Below are positions 56,492-64,000 of a DNA stretch of 64,000 nt, piece by piece (the first letter of the stretch is position 1; every line of letters begins with the position of its first letter). A model generated the notes under the pieces. It did not search any database, was not told the origin of the DNA, and was given only the letters and a program-made list of their open reading frames with translations. Location of the stretch: positions 30,447 through 94,446 of the forward strand of contig JAKAKP010000144.1 in assembly GCA_021813445.1 (NCBI GenBank), written 5' to 3'. This stretch comes from Deltaproteobacteria bacterium (GTDB taxonomy: Bacteria > Desulfobacterota > Desulfobaccia > Desulfobaccales > 0-14-0-80-60-11). Both the position numbers and the translations under genes were made by a program.

Positions 56492-56529
56492 AGAGTTGGC
56501 CTCCGGGGGAAGAGCTGGAGGCCAACTCT
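56492..56529 (-). terminator. Candidate terminator of the cyclase gene (13-bp perfect stem)
   Basis: The hairpin is agagttggcctcc-N12-ggaggccaactct. On the minus strand it is followed by a U-rich but interrupted tract. Confidence 0.45.
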
Positions 56530-56751
56530 GGTTGGGAGAATATGATGGGTTTATAAAGTAGTTACGGTCATATTGTCAATATCTGAAGTGGCATCTTCAA
56601 GATCAAAAGAAGTTGTTAGCTTGGGGAAATGGGTTTTAAGAAGACAATTGGGGACACTAAAATAGGGACTTCTTTGGTTTAGCCTCTACTGATGGCAGGT
56701 GCCAAAATTAATTTTCACCTGCACCAGCCAAGACTGCAGCACAATCTCAGT

Positions 56752-58722
56752 TTAGACCTCGCTCCGGGAATTCCCCATGAGCCGTCGGATGCCGGACTCG
56801 GCCTCAGGGGACACGGAGGTAAAGCGGATCAGGGCCTCCTGCCCTGCCTCACCGCCGGGGTTGATCTCCGCCACTTTGCCGTAAATCTTGCCGCTCAGGG
56901 GCCGGGGGCCTTCCTCCACCGGCAGTAGGAGCACATCTTGCCATTGATGCAGCTCCCCTGCTGCGATCACGACGGCGGAGTTGCGGCATAGTTGGGTGAT
57001 CCAGGCCCGAGCCGCATCGCCGGCAACGATCTTGTCACTGATCCACAGAATTTGCACCGGAATCCTCTCCGGCAGCGGCCGCAGGTCTTCCACCTTTCTT
57101 CCCGCCCGTAAATTGTAGGGCGCCCCGATGGCCAGGACCTCATAGATAGTCACCGGCCCTGGCACGCCTTTCATCTGCGCTTCGATTTGGGCGCCCACTT
57201 CCACCACCTGTTTTACCCGGTCATAGGTGGCGGCGCTGATAAGCACCTGTCCCCCCGTGGCATAAGACTCAATGCGGCTGGTGAAATTTACATGGGAACC
57301 CACTACGCTGTATTTGGCCCGCTTCTCCGAGCCGATGTTGCCCACCACCACCGCGCCGGTGTTGACGGCAATGCCCATCTCCAGATTAGGAAGCCCGTCC
57401 GCGACGTTCAAGGCGTTGATCTCCTCCATGGCCGCCTGCATTGCCAGGGCGCAGGCCACGGCCCGGACCGGATGGTCCGCCAGGGGCTCCGGCGCGCCGA
57501 AAAAGGCCAAAATCCCGTCGCCCACGATCTCGTCGATGATGGCATGATAATCCACCAGAATTTCGATCATCTTGCCCAGATAGCGGTTGAGGAAAGTGAT
57601 GACCTTTTCCGGATGCATATCCGCGGTCAAAGCCGTAAAGCCTCGGAGATCGGACATGATCACCGACACATCCCGCATCTCGCCCCCCAATTCCAGGGCT
57701 TCTTTATCCTCCAGGAGCTTCTTTACCACCTCCTGGGTGACATAGCGGCTGAAGGTGTCCCGGATAAAATCCCGCTTCTCCATATAATCCGTGAGCTGCT
57801 GGCCCAATTGGTTGAAAGACTGGGCCAGCTGGACTACTTCCCGGGCGCCTTTCTCCGGCACCGCCACCTCAAAATTGCCTTCCCCCACCTCCTTGACCCC
57901 GTCCCGCAGCCCGAGGATAGGGCGAGAAATATGAGTGGCAAACCACAGCCCTGAGAAGGCCCCAACAATGCAGAAAAATACGCCCCCCATCAAGGTCACC
58001 CGGTAAACCTGCCGGACAATTCCCTTGGAAGACTCCGTGAAACGTTTCCGGGACTCAGCCATCACCTGCTCACTGGCCAGCTTCAGCTTCTTCTGGGCCG
58101 GCAGGAAGAATTCGTCGACATTGACTGACCCGGAGACGATGAACGGGGTTCCGGGAACGTGGATCCGCACCGAGAACCTTTGCCTCTCCTTATTTTTCGC
58201 CTGATCGAAGAAGGTAAAGTAGCCCTTGACGGTATCTTCAGTCAGGGAGCGCTCGATTAGAGCATGAGTTTGGGCATAGTCTGTCTGCCACTGCAAGACA
58301 TTGCGGCCCTCGGCCGCCCGGTTGCGGGCGAAGACGATGACCCCCCGGTTGTCGTAAACCAACAGATTTCCGGCCACGCCCTCGGGGGTCTCGATATCCC
58401 TGGTGGCAATACGCCGCAAGGATTCATCTTCCCGCAGCTTCCCATAATCGGTGAAATCCCGCCCTTTAAGCCGAAAAGCCAGGGCCTTGGCCGCGCCTTC
58501 CACGTCTCTCTCCACCAGCCGCTGCCCATATACGGAAAGCACGTTTTCGGCGATCTTGTAGGAAGCTTCGATGTTTTTCCGGGAGCCCCGCTCGGCGTTG
58601 GCCAGGCTTTGTTTGGTGAGGCGCTGGGAGAGCTGCTCGGCCATGCCCAACATGCCGAATATCAGCAGAACAATCAGCACCAGATTGGACAGGATCAAAT
58701 ATGTGCGAATACCCATAACCAT
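56752..58722 (-). CDS. Membrane adenylate/guanylate cyclase with a periplasmic sensor, HAMP domain and an extra C-terminal domain
   Basis: TM segment, a ~230-aa periplasmic domain, TM segment and HAMP (ISRPILGLRDGVKEVGEGNF). The class III cyclase core is VSVIMSDLRGFTAL...IVGDGILAFFGAP...GSHVNFTSRIE. About 130 aa at the C-terminus are unassigned. Confidence 0.85.
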   Translation of the reverse strand: MVMGIRTYLILSNLVLIVLLIFGMLGMAEQLSQRLTKQSLANAERGSRKNIEASYKIAENVLSVYGQRLVERDVEGAAKALAFRLKGRDFTDYGKLREDESLRRIATRDIETPEGVAGNLLVYDNRGVIVFARNRAAEGRNVLQWQTDYAQTHALIERSLTEDTVKGYFTFFDQAKNKERQRFSVRIHVPGTPFIVSGSVNVDEFFLPAQKKLKLASEQVMAESRKRFTESSKGIVRQVYRVTLMGGVFFCIVGAFSGLWFATHISRPILGLRDGVKEVGEGNFEVAVPEKGAREVVQLAQSFNQLGQQLTDYMEKRDFIRDTFSRYVTQEVVKKLLEDKEALELGGEMRDVSVIMSDLRGFTALTADMHPEKVITFLNRYLGKMIEILVDYHAIIDEIVGDGILAFFGAPEPLADHPVRAVACALAMQAAMEEINALNVADGLPNLEMGIAVNTGAVVVGNIGSEKRAKYSVVGSHVNFTSRIESYATGGQVLISAATYDRVKQVVEVGAQIEAQMKGVPGPVTIYEVLAIGAPYNLRAGRKVEDLRPLPERIPVQILWISDKIVAGDAARAWITQLCRNSAVVIAAGELHQWQDVLLLPVEEGPRPLSGKIYGKVAEINPGGEAGQEALIRFTSVSPEAESGIRRLMGNSRSEV

Positions 58723-58799
58723 CTCCAGGACGGCGAAAGATATCCTACTTCTACCATATCGCTTGATCTTTTAAAATTAACTAGGCTTTTGCAAAAGTC

Positions 58800-59200
58800 T
58801 TTTTCTCTGCGCATCCTCTCCTGCGCTCTCTGCGCCTCTGTCCTGAAAAGTCCCGGGCGGTGGCACAGGCTTTCCAGCCTGTGCGGTTACCCGGGCGGGC
58901 GGGGACGCCCGCCCCTACGTTCCCTTTTCATGCTTTACGGGTGGGCCATACGGCCCATGGATAACTGCTTCGAAAAGTTCATTCTGTAGGGTGGGCACTG
59001 CCCACTTAGCTTCTCCGGAAAGAGGGAATGGGTGGGGCGGGCGTCCCTGCCCGCCAGACGCGCGGCGGGCACGGAGGCCCGCCCCACCAGAACTTTTCAT
59101 GCTTTACGGGTGGGCCAATGGCCCATGAATAACTGCGGTGAAAAACAGGGAAATTCACCGCGGAGACGCAGAGGACGCAGAGAATTCGCGGAGAGTCTTT
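58800..59200. repeat. Dense nested repeat cluster (BIME-like): inverted CTCTGCG/CGCAGAG heptamer arms, copy 3 of the 62-bp element, a ~50-bp direct repeat x2 and several GC hairpins
   Basis: 58858-58918 is the reverse complement of the 39806 element. The ttttcatgctttacgggtgggcca..ggcccatg.ataactgc repeat occurs at about 58925 and about 59093. Hairpins lie at 58986-59006, 59033-59055 and 59060-59089. Confidence 0.8.
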
Positions 59201-59439
59201 ACGATTAAATAAGCATTTTGCAAAAGGCTCATTAACCTTTTCTCTCCCCCGGCGGCAAGCTTCGGTCAAAAATAGCCCTAAAATTTCCATGAACGGTCTC
59301 TGGAGAAGGAGGTATTCTTCCCAAGAAAGAACCCCTGTACCCGACTCGTTCACCCTCGGGGACGGGACTTTCTCCTCCGGCTATTCTGTATGATTTTCCG
59401 ACTATCCTATACGATTTTTCCTCCAGAAGAAAAAAACCC

Positions 59440-59469
59440 TTGACTAAGTTTTTCCCAACTAGGTATAAC
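59440..59469 (+). promoter_or_regulatory. Candidate sigma70-type promoter of the nuo operon (TTGACT-N18-TATAAC)
   Basis: TTGACT at 59440-59445 and TATAAC at 59464-59469, about 40 nt upstream of the proposed nuoA start. Confidence 0.5.
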
Positions 59470-59509
59470 AACATAGTTTTTGTTAAAAAATGCACAAGGA
59501 GAATGGGCT

Positions 59510-59902
59510 TTGGAAATCCCTGAGGCCTTGAGCGATTTTTCCTTCGTTCTGGTGTACCTGCTGGCCGGGGGCCTCTTTGCCATGGGCCCCATCATTATCG
59601 CTTACCTGATCGCGCCCAAAAGCTTCGGCGCCACCCGGGACGCGGTGTATGAGTGCGGCATGCCGGCCATCGGCAGCGCCTGGATCCAAGTAGCCGTCAT
59701 CTACTACCTCTTTGCCTTGCTGTTCCTGGCTTTCGACGTCGACGTGCTCTTCCTCTTCCCGGTGCTGCTGGCCTACGGCAAAGGCTACGTCTGGCGGGAC
59801 TTCGTGGAAATTACCATTTTCATAGGCATTCTCTCCCTGGTCATCGTCTATGCCTGGTGCAGAGGAGTATTCAGTTGGAAGCGAAAACAGGTGAACCCTT
59901 AA
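59510..59902 (+). CDS. nuoA: NADH-quinone oxidoreductase subunit A
   Basis: Three TM segments with YECGMP...[10 protein letters not shown]. The start was set at the TTG 9 nt after the AAGGAG at 59495-59500. The ORF track extends to the TTG at 59480. Confidence 0.85.
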   Translation: MEIPEALSDFSFVLVYLLAGGLFAMGPIIIAYLIAPKSFGATRDAVYECGMPAIGSAWIQVAVIYYLFALLFLAFDVDVLFLFPVLLAYGKGYVWRDFVEITIFIGILSLVIVYAWCRGVFSWKRKQVNP

Positions 59903-59907
59903 TCCAT

Positions 59908-60375
59908 TTGGCCCTCCTGGAAGAGGCCCTGAATCTGGCCCGGGCCAATTCCTTATGGCCCCTGACCTTCGGCCTGGCCTGCTGCGCCATCGAGATGATG
60001 GCCGTGGGTATGGCCCGGTTTGATCTGGCCCGCTTCGGGGCTGAGGTCTTCCGGCCCTCGCCCCGGCAGGCGGACCTGATGATCGTGGCCGGGACCATTT
60101 CTAAAAAGATGGCCCCCGCAGTGGTGCGCCTCTACGAGCAGATGCCCGCGCCCAAGTGGGTCATCGCCATGGGCAACTGCGCCATCTCCGGCGGGCCTTT
60201 CTATTATGAAAACCAGTATGCCATTGTGCCGGGAGCCGACCTGATCATCCCCGTGGACGTCTATGTGCCCGGTTGCCCGCCCCGGCCCGAAGGGTTGATC
60301 GAAGGCATCTTGAAGCTGGAAGAAAAAATCACCAAACGGGGCCGTTTAAGGAAGTTCCGCGATGTTGCTAGATAG
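59908..60375 (+). CDS. nuoB: NADH-quinone oxidoreductase subunit B
   Basis: [28 protein letters not shown] and VPGCPPRPE are present. The start (TTG at 59908) is inferred, and the long ORF-track N-terminus overlaps nuoA. Confidence 0.85.
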   Translation: MALLEEALNLARANSLWPLTFGLACCAIEMMAVGMARFDLARFGAEVFRPSPRQADLMIVAGTISKKMAPAVVRLYEQMPAPKWVIAMGNCAISGGPFYYENQYAIVPGADLIIPVDVYVPGCPPRPEGLIEGILKLEEKITKRGRLRKFRDVAR

Positions 60376-60826
60376 CATCTCCAAGGCCCTGGCGCCTCTG
60401 AACCTGGAAAAGGTGGCCCCCGGGGATTACGCCAAGACGGGCTATCACCTGGAAGTCGCCGCCACCCCCGCGCAAATGCCGGCGGTAGCTGAGGCCATGC
60501 TCAAGGAGGCCTGCTTCCTGGAGTCCCTCACCGCGGTGGACGCGTCCCGGGAGGCCTTCACCCTGGTCTATCATTTCGCCAATTTCAGCGAACTCTGCCG
60601 CACCGTGGTCCACGCCTCCCTGGCTAAGGACACCGAGGCCCCCACCATCAGCCACATCTATCCCGGGGCCGACTGGTACGAGCGGGAGGTCTACGACCTC
60701 TTCGGCATCAAGTTCGCGGGGCATCCCAACCTGAAGCGCCTGCTGCTTCCCGAGGATGCCACCATCCACCCCTTGCGGAAGGAATTCCCCGCAGAGGCGG
60801 AAGCAAAAGCGGAAGCGCCCAAATGA
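60362..60826 (+). CDS. nuoC: NADH-quinone oxidoreductase subunit C
   Basis: LTAVD...YHF...[30 protein letters not shown] is the NuoC signature. Confidence 0.9.
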   Translation: MLLDSISKALAPLNLEKVAPGDYAKTGYHLEVAATPAQMPAVAEAMLKEACFLESLTAVDASREAFTLVYHFANFSELCRTVVHASLAKDTEAPTISHIYPGADWYEREVYDLFGIKFAGHPNLKRLLLPEDATIHPLRKEFPAEAEAKAEAPK

Positions 60827-61935
60827 TCACCTCCGGAATCGAAGAAAAGACCTTTGTCCTCAATCTGGGTCCCCAACATCCCAGCACCCACGGGGTCTTG
60901 CGGGTCCTGCTGGAGATGGATGGCGAATATATCGTCACCGCGGAGCCGGTCATCGGCTACGGCCACCGGGCTCATGAGCATATGGCCGAAAACCGCAGCT
61001 ATCTGCAGTTTCTCCCCAACCTGGCCCGGGTGGACTACCTCCACGCCCTGGCCTACAACCATGGCTATTGCATGGCCGTGGAGAAGCTCATCGGCGTGGA
61101 AGTGCCGGAGCGGGCCGAGTTCATCCGGGTCATCACCAACGAACTCAACCGCATCACCTCCCACCTGCTGTGGTTCGGGGCCTACCTCCTGGATCTGGGG
61201 GCCTTCACCCCCATCATGTATTGCTTTGATGACCGGGAACATATCCTGGACCTGCTGGACCGCATCACCGGTTCCCGCCTCACTTATTGCTTTTACCGTT
61301 TCGGCGGCGTGCCCGTGGACCTGGACGACGATTTCATCTTCGGGGTCCGGGCCTTTATCAAGCGCCTCCGCAGCCGCTGGGTGGACTATCACAACCTGGT
61401 GACCAAAAACGTCATCTTTATCAACCGCACCAAAGGGGTGGGGGTCTTCACCAAGGAGCAGTGCCTGCTCTACGGCATCACCGGCCCCAGCCTCCGGGGC
61501 AGCGGCACCGCTTACGATATCCGCAAGAGCGAGCCTTACTCCGCCTATCCCTTGTTCGATTTCGACATTCCCACCGGGGCCAACGGCGATATCTTCGACC
61601 GCTATCTGGTGCGCCTGGAGGAGATGGAGCAAAGCTGCCGCATCATCGAGCAGGCCCTGGATAAGCTGCCCAACGGCCCCATCATGGCGGAGAAGGTGCC
61701 CAAGCGGATCAAGCCCGCAGCCGGCGAGGTCTACCAGGCCGTGGAGACCGCCCGGGGCGAATTCGGCTGTTACATCGTCAGCCAGGGAGATATCAAACCT
61801 TACCGGGTCAAGCTGCGGGTGCCGTCTTTCGCCAATTTGAGCCTCATGGTGGAAAGCTTTAAGGACAACCTGGTAGCCGACGTGGTGGCCATCCTGGGGT
61901 CCATCGACGTGGTGATCCCGGAGATCGACCGCTAA
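60823..61935 (+). CDS. nuoD: NADH-quinone oxidoreductase subunit D
   Basis: LNLGPQHPSTHGVLR, GYGHRAHEH and VVIPEIDR at the C-terminus. ATGA overlap with nuoC. Confidence 0.93.
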   Translation: MITSGIEEKTFVLNLGPQHPSTHGVLRVLLEMDGEYIVTAEPVIGYGHRAHEHMAENRSYLQFLPNLARVDYLHALAYNHGYCMAVEKLIGVEVPERAEFIRVITNELNRITSHLLWFGAYLLDLGAFTPIMYCFDDREHILDLLDRITGSRLTYCFYRFGGVPVDLDDDFIFGVRAFIKRLRSRWVDYHNLVTKNVIFINRTKGVGVFTKEQCLLYGITGPSLRGSGTAYDIRKSEPYSAYPLFDFDIPTGANGDIFDRYLVRLEEMEQSCRIIEQALDKLPNGPIMAEKVPKRIKPAAGEVYQAVETARGEFGCYIVSQGDIKPYRVKLRVPSFANLSLMVESFKDNLVADVVAILGSIDVVIPEIDR

Positions 61936-61956
61936 GGACCTTTACGAGCGCGAATT

Positions 61957-62931
61957 ATGGAAATGCTGGCGTCATATTTGGGAACGGAAGTGGCCCGGAT
62001 GGTCGTGGGCCTGATCGGGGTTATCGCCCTGGTGTCGGTGAACGCCTTGTTTCTTATCTGGATGGAGCGCAAGGTCTCGGCCCATATTATGCTGCGGCCC
62101 GGCCCCATGGAAGTGGGCTGGCACGGTTCCGTCCAGACCATCTGCGATGCCGTGAAACTCATGGCCAAGGAACTCATCACCCCGGAGGAAGTGGACCGGC
62201 CCGTTTATTACCTGGCGCCGGTGGTGGTCTTTCTTCCGGTGCTCCTCACCTTCCTGGTGATTCCTTTCTCCCAGAGCCTGATCATCAAAGACCTGAACGT
62301 GGGCATTGTCCTGATCCTGGCCTTCTCCACCCTCACGGTCCTGGCCATCCTCATGGCCGGTTGGTCGTCCAACAACAAGTACTCGGTCTTCGGGGCCATC
62401 CGCTCCGTGGCCCAGAACATCGCTTATGAAATTCCCCTGCTGGTGACGGTGATGAGCATCCTCCTCATGGTGGGCTCCTTCAAACTCAGCGACATCGTCG
62501 CCGCCCAGGGCCGGTACTGGTTCATCCTGGTGCAGCCCTTAGCTTTTATTCTTTACATCATTTGCGCCACCGCGGAGACCAATCGGACCCCATTCGATCT
62601 ACCTGAAGCTGAATCCGAGTTGGTTGCCGGTTTCCATACGGAATATAGCGGCATGCGCTTCGCCCTCTTCTTTCTCGCGGAATACACCAACATGTTCATT
62701 GTCTCCGCGGTGGCCACCGTGCTTTTCCTGGGTGGCTGGCGAGGCCCCATCCTCCCCGGGGTGGTCTGGTTCCTGCTCAAGGTCTACGCCCTGATCTTCC
62801 TGATCATGTGGTTCCGCTGGACCTTCCCCCGGGTGCGTTTCGACCAGTTGGTCACCTTTGCCTGGAAGATTTTGATCCCCTTATCTTTTGCCAACTTGCT
62901 GATTACCGCCTTTCTGATGAAACTCTTTTGA
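61957..62931 (+). CDS. nuoH: NADH-quinone oxidoreductase subunit H
   Basis: [54 protein letters not shown]. Confidence 0.93.
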   Translation: MEMLASYLGTEVARMVVGLIGVIALVSVNALFLIWMERKVSAHIMLRPGPMEVGWHGSVQTICDAVKLMAKELITPEEVDRPVYYLAPVVVFLPVLLTFLVIPFSQSLIIKDLNVGIVLILAFSTLTVLAILMAGWSSNNKYSVFGAIRSVAQNIAYEIPLLVTVMSILLMVGSFKLSDIVAAQGRYWFILVQPLAFILYIICATAETNRTPFDLPEAESELVAGFHTEYSGMRFALFFLAEYTNMFIVSAVATVLFLGGWRGPILPGVVWFLLKVYALIFLIMWFRWTFPRVRFDQLVTFAWKILIPLSFANLLITAFLMKLF

Positions 62932-62954
62932 GGGCCCTTGAAGGTTAAACTGCA

Positions 62955-63539
62955 ATGATAGCTTACTTCAAAGAGATTCTGGTGGGTTTCTGGAGCCTGT
63001 TGGCGGGCATGGCGGTCACCATCCGCTATTTCACCAAACCCATCGTCACCGTCCAATATCCTCGGGAAAAAATTGCCATGAGCCCGAAGTACCGGGGTTA
63101 TCCCCAGCTCGTCATCGATCCCGAGACCCAAACGCATCGCTGCATTGCCTGCGAGATGTGCTCCCGCACCTGCCCCTCCCAGCTCATCACCGTGGAAGGG
63201 GCCAAGTTCCCGGGCGAAAAACAGAAACGGGCCACCAGGTACATCCACGAGCACTATTACTGCAGCCTCTGCGGCCTGTGCACCGAGGTCTGCCCCACCT
63301 CCGCCCTGGAATACTCCCAGGAATACCGCCTGGCGGGCTTTTCCCGGGAGGACGCGGTCATCGACCATCTGCTGCTCCTGCAGCAGCGGCAGAAGGCCGC
63401 GGGCCTGCCCGTCACCCCGGTGCCCACGGACGCGGATATCGCGGCGGCTGCTGCTGCCGAAGCCGCGGCCAAAGAAGCCAAAGCCAAGGCCGCCGCGGCT
63501 GCGAAAAAACCGGCGGAAGGCAGCGAGGTGAAAGAATGA
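62955..63539 (+). CDS. nuoI: NADH-quinone oxidoreductase subunit I with an Ala/Lys-rich C-terminal tail
   Basis: Two 4Fe-4S motifs (CIACEMCSRTCP and CSLCGLCTEVCP). The tail reads AAAAAEAAAKEAKAKAAAAAKKPAEG. Confidence 0.9.
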   Translation: MIAYFKEILVGFWSLLAGMAVTIRYFTKPIVTVQYPREKIAMSPKYRGYPQLVIDPETQTHRCIACEMCSRTCPSQLITVEGAKFPGEKQKRATRYIHEHYYCSLCGLCTEVCPTSALEYSQEYRLAGFSREDAVIDHLLLLQQRQKAAGLPVTPVPTDADIAAAAAAEAAAKEAKAKAAAAAKKPAEGSEVKE

Positions 63540-64000
63540 GCCTCCTTTCTCTTTCCCCCCAGGCAGTGGCCACCGTCGCCTTCTTTATGGTGATGGCGGT
63601 GACTCTCATCGGCGCGCTCATCGCCGTGGCCGCCCGCAACATCTTCCACAACGTGCTGGGGCTGGCCCTGTGCCTGTTCGGGGTGGCCGGGCTGTTCCTC
63701 TATCTCAACAGCCCCTTTGTGGCCCTGATGGAGATTCTCATTTACGTGGGGGCCATCTGCATCGCCATCTGCTTTGCCATTATGCTCTCCGAGCCCCTGT
63801 ATCTGCCCCGCCCCCCCCGGAGCGCCTCGAAAATCCTGGGCGGCGTGGTGGGCGCCGGTTTAGTCCTGGTATTCCTGGGCCTTCTCACCAGAAAGACCCA
63901 GTGGGTCCCTGCGGCCCAGCGGAGCACGGATTGGTCCGTCACCACTTTGGGCCACTACCTGCTCACCAATTACGCCTTGATCTTTGAAGTGATCTCTTTA
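63536..64000 (+). CDS. nuoJ: NADH-quinone oxidoreductase subunit J, 3'-partial
   Basis: This gene is not in the ORF track because no stop occurs before the window end. My own translation from the ATG at 63536 (ATGA overlap with nuoI) gives MSLLSLSPQAVATVAFFMVMAVTLIGALIAV...MEILIYVGAI...YALIFEVISL, typical of NuoJ. Confidence 0.85.
   Translation, partial: MSLLSLSPQAVATVAFFMVMAVTLIGALIAVAARNIFHNVLGLALCLFGVAGLFLYLNSPFVALMEILIYVGAICIAICFAIMLSEPLYLPRPPRSASKILGGVVGAGLVLVFLGLLTRKTQWVPAAQRSTDWSVTTLGHYLLTNYALIFEVISL

Overview
High-GC (about 60%) chromosomal segment. Its gene content suggests an anaerobic Desulfobacterota/deltaproteobacterium-like organism: an 11-subunit-type nuo operon, an H+-pyrophosphatase, a split transketolase and gatCA. 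This taxonomic placement is inference only. Most of the window is ordinary housekeeping, including fmt-def, an LptF/G permease, gatCA, tkt, der, hppA, nuoABCDHIJ, two S41 peptidases, TolC, a hybrid histidine kinase and an adenylate cyclase. The stand-out region is a roughly 19 kb same-strand glycan-modification cluster at 16.6-35.9 kb. It begins with a four-gene CDP-6-deoxyhexose pathway. Next come four tandem, translationally coupled paralogous radical-SAM enzymes, each carrying an unusual N-terminal Rossmann-like module. These are followed by a GT-B glycosyltransferase, a B12-binding radical-SAM enzyme and a Zn-ribbon SAM methyltransferase that carries the same module at its C-terminus. The cluster ends with an FkbM methyltransferase and a 1875-aa polypeptide with five GT2 domains, the last two forming a recent 1236-nt in-frame duplication. 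No flippase, polymerase, ABC exporter or initiating phosphoglycosyltransferase is visible in the window. Other notable items are listed here. (1) A low-GC single-gene islet encoding an AbiTii-like (abortive-infection-like) protein. (2) A catalytically dead S41 peptidase paralog translationally coupled to an intact one. (3) A secreted C10 (streptopain-like) cysteine peptidase next to an 8-bladed beta-propeller, with a shared C-terminal Leu-rich tail. (4) A Spy/CpxP-like protein with a Met-Gly repeat tail. (5) An unusually rich set of intergenic repeats, comprising heptamer tandem arrays that often occur as inverted pairs, a 62-bp double-hairpin element in three copies, and long palindromic MITE-like elements. 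No rRNA, tRNA, CRISPR array, transposase or integrase was recognised. All protein-family calls rest on motif recognition by eye, not on database searches.
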